This document shows positions 18,167 through 29,101 of a stretch of 64,000 nucleotides of DNA, one piece after another. The translations under genes and the position numbers were made by a program. The stretch comes from Candidatus Omnitrophota bacterium. GTDB lineage: Bacteria; Omnitrophota; Gorgyraeia; Zapsychrales; Zapsychraceae. The stretch is taken from positions 166,320 through 230,319 of the forward strand of contig JAJDCB010000026.1 of the NCBI GenBank assembly GCA_029261065.1, read 5' to 3'. Position 1 is the stretch's first letter, and every line of letters begins with the position of its first letter. The notes beneath the pieces were generated by a model. The model was not told the origin of the DNA. It saw only the letters and a program-made list of their open reading frames with translations, and made no database searches.

Positions 18167-19009
18167 ATGTTAAACAAATATCAAATTAAAGGCATGTTTA
18201 AATCCACGTTCCTCCACATCATCCTGATGTCTGTCGCAGCTACGTGTCTGTTTCCTTTATTCTGGATGTTACGTTGTTCTCTCATGACGAATCAGACCGT
18301 ATTTGTAGATAAATCTTTTTTCCCACATGAGTTGCATTTTATGAATTATTTTCAAGCTTGGACAGAAGGTAATTTTGGAATTTATTTCATTAACAGTATT
18401 ATTTACACAACAAGTGTTGTTGTCGGAATTGTTGTTGTATCATCCTTAGCCGCTTATGCATTCTCACGTCTTGAATTCCCTGGAAAAAAGGTGTTCTTTT
18501 ATATGTTTGTCTTAGCAATGATGATTCCTCTACCAGGTAGTTTCGTTGCCCTTTTTGATTTAATGAACATCATCGGACTTGTGAATACGCGAATAGGGTA
18601 TATACTTTGTATGATTAATGTTGGTCTTTCAATGAGCATCCTTTTATTAAAAACATTTTTTGATAAAATGCCCCCGGATCTTGAAGATGCCGCACGGATT
18701 GATGGTTGTGGAAGGCTTCGTATTTGGTGGAATGTTGCTCTTCCTTTAGCAAGACCTGCGTTGGCGGTTATTATTATTTTTAATTCATTGAATGTCTGGA
18801 ACGAATACATTTTAGCGCAGTTGTTACTAAGCGATAAAAATTTAATGCCATTGCAAAGAGGTCTTATGGTTTTTCAAGGATCACATAGTGTTGATTATCC
18901 TTTGTTGATGGCTGGCTTAACGATTGCTGCTATCCCTATTATTGCCGTGTATCTTTTTATGCAAAAACATATTATTAAAGGGTTATCGTCAGGAGCCGTT
19001 GTTGGATGA
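18167..19009 (+). CDS. Sugar ABC transporter permease (MalG/UgpE-like)
   Basis: EAA motif DAARIDGCGRLRIWWNVALP. Start taken at MLNKYQI so the upstream REP hairpin stays intergenic. No ATPase gene in the locus. Confidence 0.75.
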   Translation: MLNKYQIKGMFKSTFLHIILMSVAATCLFPLFWMLRCSLMTNQTVFVDKSFFPHELHFMNYFQAWTEGNFGIYFINSIIYTTSVVVGIVVVSSLAAYAFSRLEFPGKKVFFYMFVLAMMIPLPGSFVALFDLMNIIGLVNTRIGYILCMINVGLSMSILLLKTFFDKMPPDLEDAARIDGCGRLRIWWNVALPLARPALAVIIIFNSLNVWNEYILAQLLLSDKNLMPLQRGLMVFQGSHSVDYPLLMAGLTIAAIPIIAVYLFMQKHIIKGLSSGAVVG

Positions 19010-21459
19010 AAACCAAATTTATTTCAAAGTCCATTTTATATCTGTTGGTAACTCTGCTCGTTACTCATTTTTCAACCCTACCTTTGCAGGCATCCTCAAA
19101 AATAAAAACTTCTGAAACAGTTGTTAGTGAAATAGAAGAACCTCAAACCCCTCAAGAAGTACAAGAACCTCAAGAACAACCAAAAGATTCTAAAGAAATT
19201 AAAGAGAACAAGCTCAGTGAGTTAGCCATTAAGTCTTTATCGCAGCTTACTTCAGAGGAGATTATTCAACAGGCATGGGAATTTTCTAGCAATAATAATT
19301 TAGAAGAATTGGATCGTTTGATTGTGGCTTGTTTAGAATTTTATGGAGAAGATGCCAAGCTACAACATCAAGAATTAACAGATTTTCCTATTCGCACGGA
19401 AGCTAAAAATTATCAATCCTTAAACGATGTAGCGACGTGTCTTTTTATTAAAGCTGAGTCTCAGATGAATAATGGATTAAGAGAAAAAGCCATCGAAGGG
19501 TTTCAACATATTATTGATAATTACAAATGGTCACAGGCTTGGGATCCGAGAGGTTGGTATTGGTCGGTTGCTGAAAAAAGTCAGGCTAGTATCGATGTGT
19601 TGACAGGAAAGAAACAAGAAGAAATAGATCAAGCTGAGGTAAAAATTAATCGCACCAGACCGAGTCTTGTTGAAAAAGGGACAGAAAATATTATTGATTA
19701 TTCGAAATACGGAAAGTTTATTAATGTGGGCACTGAAAAATATCATTACTCTATTACAGATATGCAAGGACTTACGAAAGCGATAGGTGAGGGAATCTAT
19801 CCAAATACAAGCAGCATTTTTAATAATCCCCGTTTTAAGAAGTTAAAGAAGGAAGGACGCTTAGAGGGGAGTCAATGGGACTATGTTAACACTGATGATC
19901 TTGAAGCGGCTTTTTTTAAATGGGCTACAGCTCATGAGCCATGGGGGATTCGTTTGTTTTACATTGGTATGATATTTGAAAAGGCTGAGATGTACTACGA
20001 GGCTTTAAGAGCCTATCACGCTTTAGTTGTTCATTATCCTAAGACAGTTGCTTGGACATATTGGCAGACTCCTTGGTATCCAGGGCAAGTGGCTATTGCC
20101 AAAATTCGCCATATTATTCGTATTCGTCCAGAGTTACACTTGCAAGATAAGTGGATGAAGATTGAGGTGGAAAATGGGTTTGATAATGAAGTGAAAAATG
20201 ATATTTTTATCTCATATCCAGGAAAAATTTTAGAGAAGAGTTTGATGGAAAAAGTTAAAGATAGATTTCTGGATGATAAAGCGTCGTTAGATAAAGTCAA
20301 AAAAGAATTAGGAAAAGGGACTGTACGTTTGGTTCAATATGAAAATGATCACTGGCAGATGTTGGTTAATGATAAACCTTACATTATTAAAGGTGTCACT
20401 TATGCGCCAACAAAGATTGGTCAAAGTCCTGATAAAGGATCGTTAGAAAATTGGATGGAGCAAGATACAGATGATAACGGTCTTATTGATGGGCCTTATG
20501 ATTCTTGGGTTGATAAAAACAGAAATAATAAACGTGATGAAGATGAGGCTGTTGTTGGCGATTTTCAATTGATGAAAGATATGGGTGTTAATACCATACG
20601 TGTTTATCATGTTCCTGATACCCCTAATAAAAAATTGTTAAGAGAAATGTATGAGAAATATGGAATTCGTGTCATTATGGGAGACTTTTTGGGTAAGTAC
20701 GCTATTGGTTCAGGAGCCAAATGGAGCGATGGAACAGATTATGAAAATGAAGAGCATAAGAAGAAGATGTTAGATGCTGTTAAAGGAATGGTTAATGAGT
20801 TTAAGGATGAACCTTATATTTTAATGTGGCTTTTAGGTAATGAAAATAATTATGGCGTTGCTTGTAATGCTGATAAAAAGCCTGAGGCGTATTTTAAATT
20901 TGCTGATGAGGTTGCTCAATGGATCAAATCTGTTGATAAAAATCATCCCGTTGCAATTAGCAATGGTGATACTCTGTTTTTAGACCTTTTTGCGCAAAAT
21001 GCCCCTAATATTGATATTTTTGCAGCCAATGTTTATCGAGGCAATTATGGGTTTGATCCTTTTTGGGAACAAATTCAGGACGCCAGCGGTAAGCCTGCCT
21101 TTATCACAGAATATGGATGCCCTGCCTTTGCAAAACATCTATCGTTAGAGGAGGCCGAAAAAGCTCAAGCCGATTATCATGAAGGTAATTGGCTAGATAT
21201 TGCAAGAAATACAGCAGGTTCGCAAGACGGTGTAGGGAATGCTTTAGGGGGTATTGTTTTTGAATGGATGGATGAATGGTGGAAAAATTATGAACCTTAT
21301 CTGCACGATCGTGCCTCTGATGCCGTCGGACCGTTTCCGGGAGGTTTTTATTATGAAGAATGGTTTGGTATTGTAAGTCAAGGAAATGGTCGAAAAAGCC
21401 CTTTTTTAAGACAATTAAGAAAGGCCTATTTTTCCTATCAAGAGATGTGGAATCAATAA
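19006..21459 (+). CDS. Secreted clan GH-A (GH2/GH5-like TIM-barrel) glycoside hydrolase with an N-terminal GWFWKP-repeat domain
   Basis: Signal peptide. The N-terminal ~170 aa carry one copy of the repeat that also builds ORFs 21617 and 51589 (…AWDPRGWYWSVAEKSQ). C-terminal TIM barrel has acid/base-like LLGNENNYG and nucleophile-like FITEYGCPAF motifs. Confidence 0.55.
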   Translation: MKTKFISKSILYLLVTLLVTHFSTLPLQASSKIKTSETVVSEIEEPQTPQEVQEPQEQPKDSKEIKENKLSELAIKSLSQLTSEEIIQQAWEFSSNNNLEELDRLIVACLEFYGEDAKLQHQELTDFPIRTEAKNYQSLNDVATCLFIKAESQMNNGLREKAIEGFQHIIDNYKWSQAWDPRGWYWSVAEKSQASIDVLTGKKQEEIDQAEVKINRTRPSLVEKGTENIIDYSKYGKFINVGTEKYHYSITDMQGLTKAIGEGIYPNTSSIFNNPRFKKLKKEGRLEGSQWDYVNTDDLEAAFFKWATAHEPWGIRLFYIGMIFEKAEMYYEALRAYHALVVHYPKTVAWTYWQTPWYPGQVAIAKIRHIIRIRPELHLQDKWMKIEVENGFDNEVKNDIFISYPGKILEKSLMEKVKDRFLDDKASLDKVKKELGKGTVRLVQYENDHWQMLVNDKPYIIKGVTYAPTKIGQSPDKGSLENWMEQDTDDNGLIDGPYDSWVDKNRNNKRDEDEAVVGDFQLMKDMGVNTIRVYHVPDTPNKKLLREMYEKYGIRVIMGDFLGKYAIGSGAKWSDGTDYENEEHKKKMLDAVKGMVNEFKDEPYILMWLLGNENNYGVACNADKKPEAYFKFADEVAQWIKSVDKNHPVAISNGDTLFLDLFAQNAPNIDIFAANVYRGNYGFDPFWEQIQDASGKPAFITEYGCPAFAKHLSLEEAEKAQADYHEGNWLDIARNTAGSQDGVGNALGGIVFEWMDEWWKNYEPYLHDRASDAVGPFPGGFYYEEWFGIVSQGNGRKSPFLRQLRKAYFSYQEMWNQ

Positions 21460-21616
21460 ATACTGAAAAATTTAACCGTTTTTGTCAATTCTATGCCGTA
21501 TCGCTAAATTTTGGCATTTTTATATATTATAGTGTATAATTAGACTACGTATTTAAAGGTAGTCTTATTTTTAACCCACCAAAATTCCTAAAAAGAAGAA
21601 AAGGAGAAGTAGTAAC

Positions 21617-22489
21617 ATGAAAAAATTGTTGTATCTATTTATCGCATTACTTATTTCAGGGGCTGGATTTGTTAGTCCAAATCAAGTTGAAGCATACAAT
21701 TTCGGAGATTTTCGTTCGGAAACGTTGACAGCAAAAGCATGGGAAGCTTTGGCAGAAGACGATATTGAGGCCGTATTAGCATATACAAATAAGGTTATGG
21801 AACTTTATGGGGCGCAAGCACAACAAATGCAAGAAAGTATTGATGAATTTGTTAGTGGTCCTAAAGAAGACGTCTATGCTTTATGGGCATTAAACGATGT
21901 TTCTACAAGTTTGTTTATCCAAGGGGAAGCCTTTAGAAAAGCTAATATGGTTGACGAAGCCAAAGAAGTTTACAAGAAACTCTTAAACGAATACACGTAT
22001 GGACAATCTTGGGATGATAATGGTTGGTTTTGGAAACCAGCTGAAGCTGCTAAAGAAAAATTGGCAATGCTAGAATCCGGAACGAATTTAGATTTTGGCG
22101 ATTATTCTTCAGCGTATTTGACAGATCAAGCATGGAAGGCCTTAGGTAGCCAAGATCTAGAAGGTGTTGTTATCTATACGGATAAAGTTATGGAACTTTA
22201 TGCGAACCAGGCGCAAGAAATGCAAAATTCTTTGACAGAATATGCTTGGGAATCAAAAGAAAAAATATTTTCTTTGTGGGCTTTAAATGATGTTGGTACA
22301 GCGCTTTTCATCAGAGGTGAAGCGTTTAGGCAAGCAGGAAAGAACAAAGAATCTGCGCAAGCTTATAAAGCTCTCGTTGATAGTTATTATTATGCTCAAT
22401 GTTGGGATCCAGGTGTTAACAATAAAGGTTGGTTCTGGAAACCAGCTGAGGCGGCTCAACAAGCATTGGATGAAATTGGAGAAGTTTAA
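21617..22489 (+). CDS. Secreted protein made of two ~130-aa GWFWKPAEAA repeats (novel domain)
   Basis: Signal peptide. Two internal repeats, each ending ...LWALNDV[SG]T.LFI.GEAFR...Y.Y.Q.WD..GWFWKPAEAA. Confidence 0.5.
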   Translation: MKKLLYLFIALLISGAGFVSPNQVEAYNFGDFRSETLTAKAWEALAEDDIEAVLAYTNKVMELYGAQAQQMQESIDEFVSGPKEDVYALWALNDVSTSLFIQGEAFRKANMVDEAKEVYKKLLNEYTYGQSWDDNGWFWKPAEAAKEKLAMLESGTNLDFGDYSSAYLTDQAWKALGSQDLEGVVIYTDKVMELYANQAQEMQNSLTEYAWESKEKIFSLWALNDVGTALFIRGEAFRQAGKNKESAQAYKALVDSYYYAQCWDPGVNNKGWFWKPAEAAQQALDEIGEV

Positions 22490-22511
22490 TATTTCTCATT
22501 CCACTATTTTT

Positions 22512-22543
22512 CAGGGTATTTGTTGATTCTAACAAATACCCTG
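22512..22543 (+). terminator. Perfect 13-bp hairpin (possible terminator or regulatory hairpin)
   Basis: CAGGGTATTTGTT-gattct-AACAAATACCCTG. No clean T-run follows it. Confidence 0.35.
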
Positions 22544-22635
22544 AAAATCCTTTTAAATCACAATTTGTAATCTACCATTTTCAAGCAAAAGATTAAAAAC
22601 AGAATGACCTGCCGAGAATAGAAAGGCTAAGCAAC

Positions 22636-23337
22636 ATGAAATTACGTTGGATTTTTTTTGTATGTGTGTTAAGTTTTACCGCTGGATGTGGAAATTCACA
22701 AAAAGCGAAACAAAAAGCTACACCACCTGAAACGAATCAGCAAACAGTTAAAACATCTTCCGAAACATTACCTGCCGCCTTAGATATTGACATCGAAGAG
22801 ATGGCCAATTCTAATGGATTTAAACCGTTCTATATTTATGCTGACAAAGGCTCTAGGCTAAATCATTATGTCCCTTCAGGATTTATGCCTAATGGCAAAT
22901 GCGTTACATTTAATGATGTCTGGCGTGAAAATTGCTATTCCGGAGAGACATGTGTCCAAATAGTCTATGATGTTGAATGTTCCCAGCTGGATCAAAAATG
23001 GGTGGGGATTTATTGGCTTAATCCTCCCAATAATTGGGGTCGCAGAAAAGGTGGTTTTAATTTAACCGGTGCCAACAAGTTAACCTTTTGGGCTAAGGGA
23101 CGTTCGGGTAACGAACAGATACAAGAATTTACGGTTGGAGGCATTGAAGGTGATTATCCTGATACGGATAAGGTCGTTCTTGGGCCTATTATTTTAACGG
23201 ATCAATGGAAGCAATACACCATTGACTTAAGGGGTAAAGATTTATCTTATATTAGCGGGGGATTTGCGTGGGCAACGGAGGCCGATGTGAACGAAGGGAG
23301 TTGTGAGTTTTACTTGGATAATCTTAGATTTGAGTAA
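22636..23337 (+). CDS. Lipoprotein with a beta-sandwich (carbohydrate-binding-module-like) C-terminal domain
   Basis: Lipobox FTAGC. Aromatic- and Gly-rich C-terminal domain. Located inside the glycan-utilisation locus. Confidence 0.4.
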   Translation: MKLRWIFFVCVLSFTAGCGNSQKAKQKATPPETNQQTVKTSSETLPAALDIDIEEMANSNGFKPFYIYADKGSRLNHYVPSGFMPNGKCVTFNDVWRENCYSGETCVQIVYDVECSQLDQKWVGIYWLNPPNNWGRRKGGFNLTGANKLTFWAKGRSGNEQIQEFTVGGIEGDYPDTDKVVLGPIILTDQWKQYTIDLRGKDLSYISGGFAWATEADVNEGSCEFYLDNLRFE

Positions 23338-23388
23338 TTTATAACCCTGTTGTAAGTTTAAAATTTAACTTAGAAAATTTTATGTTTT

Positions 23389-23422
23389 AAAAAGCGCTTT
23401 GTTTATCGAAGCGCTTTTTTTA
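23389..23422 (+). terminator. Rho-independent terminator
   Basis: AAAGCGCTTTG...CGAAGCGCTTTTTTT: a GC-rich palindromic stem followed by T7. Confidence 0.55.
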
Positions 23423-23706
23423 TTTCTAAATAAAGATGACAGCAAGAAGTGTTTTTATAACAAGATGTTAGGAAAATATTGGTCGTAAAAATAATGAATT
23501 ATTCTTGTATTAAATATAATAGTTTGTTATATTCATATTAATTAATAATATACCAAAAAGGCGCGTCGCATCTTCTTAGTGAGAAGGTGTATACATTTTT
23601 ATATACCGACGAGAACTATTGTTACCTTACTATTACAAGCATAAAAAATTGATTCAACTAAATCATATAGATAGTAATAAAAGGGCACATAAAATGATAA
23701 CTTGGA

Positions 23707-25044
23707 GTGTGCATGTCTAAGGGTGCGGCTATTAAAATAACTGTAGTCGTCATCTTGTTAGTTATTGCATGTCTTGGTCTTGCAGGGTGGTTGTACAAAT
23801 TAAATACAGATCTAAAAGAAAAGAATTTGTCTTTAGAAAAAGAAGTTGAGCAGGTTCATAAACGAGAACTTGCAGCGGTGAGAGATGCAAAGGCTATTGA
23901 ACAAAAGTTAAAAAAAGTTAGAGAAGAGAAAGTAGCTTTAGAAACGAACATTAGTGAATTACACAAACAAACGACGGGTCTTAACGAAGAAATTGATAGC
24001 ATCAGTGCTGATCGCGATAAGTTTAAAAATAGAATAGAAAATATCAAAAAAGAGCGTGATGATCTGATGGCCCGCATGCAAGAAATGGCCACGGAAATAG
24101 AAAACCACAAGCTAGCCGCCGCACAATCCTCCGGGAGTCAATTCTCAAATTCAGCCCAAATACAATTGCCCAACTCAGAGGGTAGTCAAGTTACCGTCCT
24201 GGAATCCGCTCCAGAACCTGTCGATTATTCTCAAATTGAGGAGAGAAAAGGGGATTACGAGCATTGGGCTAAACTTTTAAGAGCAAAAGCGAATTTAGAA
24301 GTTAAAGTAGATCAATTAAAAAGAGACCTATCAGAAGCTGCTGTTGAAATTGTTGATTTGAAGCAAACAAATTCTGATTTTCAAATGGATATTGAAAATT
24401 TAACGTTAAATAAAGAAGATATCGGCCGCGAAATTCAATACAAGGAAGAGATGATTAATAATCTTTCATTAGAACTTGCCCGTGCTAAGAATGATAAAAA
24501 GTTTTTAACAGATCGTGTTTCAAAGATTAATGATGGGAATAAAGAGTTAAGAAACCAGCTTAAAACTTTAATTACAAAAAAGAGTGCACTCGAGAAAACA
24601 GTTGTTAAGCTGACACAAGATAAGAATAATATTAATAAGAAATTAGCTGGGTCAGAAGAAGTTATTCAGAGCAAAATTGATGAAATTTGGGACATTAAAG
24701 ACAGTATTGATAATACATTTAAATCAACGCGTTTGTCTGTTCCATCAAGCGAAGTTGAATTGCCTCCTATTGTTGTTAATTCTAATGGTCCCGCTGTTAG
24801 CTTTAATCCTGGAGCAACAATTCCAGGTATTGACGCTCAAGTGGTAAGTGTTAATCATGATAATAATTTTGTTATTCTTGATGCTGGAGAGAATACCGGA
24901 GTACGTATAGGCGATACATTAAGCGTTTATCGAGACTCAAAATACGTTGCCCGCCTTGAAGTTATCCAAGTTCGTAAAGATATCTCAGCTGCTGATATTA
25001 AAGACAAATGGTCTCGTCTTGAGGCAGGAGATGTTGTTCGTTAA
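23707..25044 (+). CDS. Membrane-anchored long coiled-coil protein with a small C-terminal beta domain
   Basis: N-terminal TM helix. ~300 aa of heptad-rich E/K/L sequence. C-terminal ...VILDAGENTGVRIGDTLSVYRD... domain. Confidence 0.4.
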   Translation: MCMSKGAAIKITVVVILLVIACLGLAGWLYKLNTDLKEKNLSLEKEVEQVHKRELAAVRDAKAIEQKLKKVREEKVALETNISELHKQTTGLNEEIDSISADRDKFKNRIENIKKERDDLMARMQEMATEIENHKLAAAQSSGSQFSNSAQIQLPNSEGSQVTVLESAPEPVDYSQIEERKGDYEHWAKLLRAKANLEVKVDQLKRDLSEAAVEIVDLKQTNSDFQMDIENLTLNKEDIGREIQYKEEMINNLSLELARAKNDKKFLTDRVSKINDGNKELRNQLKTLITKKSALEKTVVKLTQDKNNINKKLAGSEEVIQSKIDEIWDIKDSIDNTFKSTRLSVPSSEVELPPIVVNSNGPAVSFNPGATIPGIDAQVVSVNHDNNFVILDAGENTGVRIGDTLSVYRDSKYVARLEVIQVRKDISAADIKDKWSRLEAGDVVR

Positions 25045-25067
25045 CAATCTATTTAGTAGTTTTTATT

Positions 25068-26075
25068 ATGAGTCAAAAAAAAATTAGTATTGATGATGTA
25101 GCCCGTCGAGCCAAAGTCTCCATTACAACAGTCTCTCGTGTTATCAATAACGTACCTACCGTTTCCAATAAAAATCGAGCTAAAGTTGAAGAGGCTGTTG
25201 CTGCCTTAAAGTTTAAACCAAACGTCAGTGCCCAACGTCTCGCCCGAGGTGTTAACAATGCGATTGGTCTTGTTATGCCTGGGTATCCAGGAATCTTTCA
25301 TTCTTTTTATGCCATAGAGCTTGTACGTGGGATTGGACATTCATGTGAAACATTAAGAATGGATATGGTTTTTCATATCACCAATGGATTTAATCCGATC
25401 AATAACAACAATGTTGGTGGGGTTATTTTTGCTGATATTATTGAAAACCGTAAACAAGTCGAATCCGCCGTTGCAACGGGAACACCTTGTGTGATTATTA
25501 ATAATAAAGTAGATGATTTAGATGTGAGTTATGTCTCTATTCATAATCATTTTGGTGGTGAGTTAGCAGCTGATTATTTGTATAGTCTTGGACATCGCGA
25601 TATCGCTATCGTTTCGGGATCTTTTAATACCCAAGCCGGTATTCAACGATTTGACGGGTTTAGGAAATATTTAGAAAAACAAAATAATCCTCTCAATGAG
25701 GAGTATATTTTCGAAGGTGATTATTCAAGGCGATGTGCGCGTGTGGCGGCCGAACAGTTTTTAAAAGCTAAAAAAAGACCAACTGCCATTTTTGCGGCTA
25801 GTGATGAAATGGCTTTAGAGTTGATGGCCTTTTTTTTAGAGAAAGGAGTTAAGATTCCTGAAGAACTTTCGATTATTGGCTTTGACGATAATCCAGCCTG
25901 CCTGTATGGCCCCGTAGCCCTAACAACCATAAAACAGCCTCTTTTTAAGATGGCAGAAGAATCCGTAAGAATGCTTCATAAGATCATCCAAGAGCAAAAG
26001 CATGTTAGGAAAAAGTTAATTTTAAAACCCGAGCTCGTTATCCGAGAATCCTGCGCTCCCTGCCCAAAGAAGTAA
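25068..26075 (+). CDS. LacI-family transcriptional regulator
   Basis: N-terminal HTH (ISIDDVARRAKVSITTVSRVIN) and a periplasmic-binding-protein-like effector domain. 335 aa. Confidence 0.8.
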   Translation: MSQKKISIDDVARRAKVSITTVSRVINNVPTVSNKNRAKVEEAVAALKFKPNVSAQRLARGVNNAIGLVMPGYPGIFHSFYAIELVRGIGHSCETLRMDMVFHITNGFNPINNNNVGGVIFADIIENRKQVESAVATGTPCVIINNKVDDLDVSYVSIHNHFGGELAADYLYSLGHRDIAIVSGSFNTQAGIQRFDGFRKYLEKQNNPLNEEYIFEGDYSRRCARVAAEQFLKAKKRPTAIFAASDEMALELMAFFLEKGVKIPEELSIIGFDDNPACLYGPVALTTIKQPLFKMAEESVRMLHKIIQEQKHVRKKLILKPELVIRESCAPCPKK

Positions 26076-26194
26076 TTTCTCTTAACCTTAAGCTAGCTAA
26101 CATCTTTCAATACTTCATCGTAATCCTCATTACTTGACAAACCCTTCAATATGCTATATTTTAGTGCATCACATAAAAATATGGATAGACGTTT

Positions 26195-28090
26195 ATGAAT
26201 CAGAGATATAATACTATTATTATTGGTGGCGGCCATGCAGGTGTTGAAGCCGCCTTAGCAGCCGCACGTATGGGGGTTAAGACCCTTATGGTGACCTTTT
26301 ATGCCGATACCATTGGCCAAATGAGCTGTAATCCAGCTATTGGCGGTGTTGGGAAGGGGCAGTTGGTTAAGGAAATTGATGCTCTTGGAGGTGAGATGGG
26401 GCTTGCGGCTGATCGTAGCGCTATTCAATTTCGCCAATTGAACACCTCCAAAGGACAAGCCGTTCGTTCCTCCCGATGTCAGTCTGATCGAAAACAATAT
26501 AAGCTTTATATTCAGGGTGTTGTTTCCAAGCAAGAGAATCTTACCGTATTAGAAGATAAGGTCAGTGATTTGTTGGTTAAGGGCGGACAGGTACTAGGTG
26601 TTAAAACCGAAAAAGGTTTAACAATAGATTGTCAAAACGTTGTAATCACCACAGGTACTTTTTTAAGAGGGCGCATTCATATAGGGCGAGAAATCACGCA
26701 GGGTGGAAGAATTGGTGAGCCAAACTCCATTTCGCTTGCTGATAGTATTGAAGCTTTAGGTTTTGAAGTGTTGCTCTTTAAAACAGGAACGCCTCCAAGA
26801 CTTGATGGGAAGACCATCGACTTCTCAAAATGTATCCCTCAATATTCTGATAATCTTCCCATACCATTTTCTTTTCGTACAACAGAGATTCCAAGTGATC
26901 AAAAATTATTGCCCTGTCACATTACGCATACAAATGAAAAGACACATCAAATTATTCAAGACAATATGGATTTGTCTCCGATGTATTCCGGCCAGATGAG
27001 TGCGACAGGTGTTCGCTATTGTCCGTCCATTGAAGATAAGTTAAAGAAATTTGGTGATAAGTTGCAGCACAACATTTTTTTAGAACCAGAAGGTCTTGAT
27101 ACGGATGAATATTACCCTAATGGCATTTCAACAGGTTTGCCTTTAGACGTTCAGGAGCAGTTCGTTCGTTCCGTTAAAGGATTAGAAAATGTAGTGATTG
27201 TTCGTCCGGGATATTCGATTGAACACGGTGTTATTCCACCGACGGAATTAACACCTTATCTAGAGACTAAAAAGGTAAAAGGTTTATTTTTAGCTGGACA
27301 AATTAATGGAACGACTGGATACGAAGAAGCTGGCGCACAAGGGTTGATGGCAGGTATTAATGCAGCATTGCAAGTTCAAAACAAAGAGCCATTTGTTTTA
27401 GGACGTAATGAATCTTACATTGGTGTTCTTATTGACGACTTAACGACAAAGGGAACGGAAGAACCTTACCGGATGTTTACCTCACGTGTTGAGTATCGTT
27501 TAATTGTTCGTGAAGATAATGCAGATAATAGATTGAGTCATTATGGGCACCAATTTGGTTTGTTATCTGATGAAGAGTTTGCAAGAGTACAAAAAAAATA
27601 TGAAGTTATCTCAGAAGAGATTCAACATTTACGTGAGACAAGAGTATATCCGGGAGAAGCGATTGATAGTGAACTAAGGAAGAGAAATAGTGCGCCCCTT
27701 AAACAACCGACATTGTTAAGTGATTTATTAAAGAGGCCGGAGGTTGATTATCAACTCATTGCTCCTTTTGATGGAGATTTAAAGAAGTATCCCAAGGTTA
27801 TGATTGATCAGGTTGAATATGAAATCAAATATGAAGGGTTTATTGCTAGACAAAAAAAAGATGTTGCGCGGTTTAGACATATTGAGAATATTAAAATTCC
27901 TGCTAATATCAATTATGATGAAGTGCCAAGTCTTTCTATTGAAATTCGTCAAAAGTTAAAACGTTTTACTCCACTTAATCTCGGCCAAGCCAATAGAATT
28001 TCAGGCGTCACACCGGCCGCGATTTCCATTTTGATGGTTTATTTAAAGAAATTTTTAACAAACTCTAGGTCCTCGCTTTTGCGGGGATGA
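26195..28090 (+). CDS. mnmG: tRNA uridine 5-carboxymethylaminomethyl modification enzyme MnmG (GidA)
   Basis: FAD-binding [10 protein letters not shown] motif. 631 aa. Sequence is MnmG-like throughout. Confidence 0.9.
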   Translation: MNQRYNTIIIGGGHAGVEAALAAARMGVKTLMVTFYADTIGQMSCNPAIGGVGKGQLVKEIDALGGEMGLAADRSAIQFRQLNTSKGQAVRSSRCQSDRKQYKLYIQGVVSKQENLTVLEDKVSDLLVKGGQVLGVKTEKGLTIDCQNVVITTGTFLRGRIHIGREITQGGRIGEPNSISLADSIEALGFEVLLFKTGTPPRLDGKTIDFSKCIPQYSDNLPIPFSFRTTEIPSDQKLLPCHITHTNEKTHQIIQDNMDLSPMYSGQMSATGVRYCPSIEDKLKKFGDKLQHNIFLEPEGLDTDEYYPNGISTGLPLDVQEQFVRSVKGLENVVIVRPGYSIEHGVIPPTELTPYLETKKVKGLFLAGQINGTTGYEEAGAQGLMAGINAALQVQNKEPFVLGRNESYIGVLIDDLTTKGTEEPYRMFTSRVEYRLIVREDNADNRLSHYGHQFGLLSDEEFARVQKKYEVISEEIQHLRETRVYPGEAIDSELRKRNSAPLKQPTLLSDLLKRPEVDYQLIAPFDGDLKKYPKVMIDQVEYEIKYEGFIARQKKDVARFRHIENIKIPANINYDEVPSLSIEIRQKLKRFTPLNLGQANRISGVTPAAISILMVYLKKFLTNSRSSLLRG

Positions 28091-28140
28091 CAATATTAAT
28101 ATTTATATTAAGCGTGTCGTCCCCACGTATGTGGGGATCT
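28070..28140. repeat. Two REP-like GC-rich hairpins between mnmG and cysK
   Basis: CCTCGC-TTTT-GCGGGG overlaps the mnmG stop. GTCGTCCCCAC-GTAT-GTGGGGA follows it. The GTCGTCCCC prefix is shared with the copies at 42681 and 48170. Confidence 0.5.
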
Positions 28141-28161
28141 CATAATGGAGAAAGTAATATT

Positions 28162-29097
28162 ATGAAGGTTGCCAAAGATATAACAGAACTTATCGGAAAC
28201 ACCCCGCTGGTGCGGCTTAATAAATTAAGCGAAGGGTGTCATGCCGAAATTTTATTAAAGTTAGAATTTTTTAATCCTCTTGGATCTGTCAAAGATCGCA
28301 TTGGGTTTGCTATGATTGAGGCCGCTGAAGCCCAAGGTAAGTTGAAAAAAGGAAAAACAATTATCCTTGAACCTACCTCAGGAAATACGGGCATCGCGTT
28401 GGCTTTTGTGTGTGCGGTTAAAGGTTATAAGTGTACATTAACGATGCCTGAGACAATGAGTTTAGAGAGACGTGCTTTGTTAAAGTCATTGGGTGCAAGT
28501 CTGATATTAACGCCCGCTTATGAAGGTATGCAGGGAGCAATTAAAAAAGCAAAAGAACTCGCCGCCTCAGATAGTCATTATTTTATCCCCCAACAATTCG
28601 AAAATCCCGCCAACCCTGAAATTCACCGAAATACAACCGCCCAAGAAATTTGGAACGACACAGATGGAGAAGTAGATATTCTTATTTCTGGCGTTGGTAC
28701 AGGTGGAACGATTACAGGTGTTTCTGAGGTGATTAAAAAGAAAAAATCTTCGTTTAAATCTATAGCTGTTGAGCCAAAAGGATCTCCTGTTATTTCCGGT
28801 GGTGAGGCTGGTCCGCATAAAATTCAAGGTATTGGCGCTGGGTTCGTTCCTGTAATATTAAACAAAGATATTATTGATGAAATTATTCAGGTAGATAACG
28901 AACATTCTTTTGAGTTTGCAAGACGCCTAATAAAGGAAGAAGGAATTTTATCCGGTATCTCCTCTGGCGCGGCTGTTTGGGCTGCTGTTGAGGTTGCAAA
29001 AAGAGAAGAGAATAAGGGGAAAGTTATTGTCGTGATTATTCCAAGTACGGGTGAGAGATATTTGAGTACGGAGTTGTTTGAAGAATATAGAAGTTAG
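28162..29097 (+). CDS. cysK: Cysteine synthase A (O-acetylserine sulfhydrylase)
   Basis: PLP-Lys motif SVKDR. Gly-rich loop GTGGTITG. Start chosen at MKVAKDI. Confidence 0.85.
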   Translation: MKVAKDITELIGNTPLVRLNKLSEGCHAEILLKLEFFNPLGSVKDRIGFAMIEAAEAQGKLKKGKTIILEPTSGNTGIALAFVCAVKGYKCTLTMPETMSLERRALLKSLGASLILTPAYEGMQGAIKKAKELAASDSHYFIPQQFENPANPEIHRNTTAQEIWNDTDGEVDILISGVGTGGTITGVSEVIKKKKSSFKSIAVEPKGSPVISGGEAGPHKIQGIGAGFVPVILNKDIIDEIIQVDNEHSFEFARRLIKEEGILSGISSGAAVWAAVEVAKREENKGKVIVVIIPSTGERYLSTELFEEYRS

Positions 29098-29101
29098 TAT
29101 G

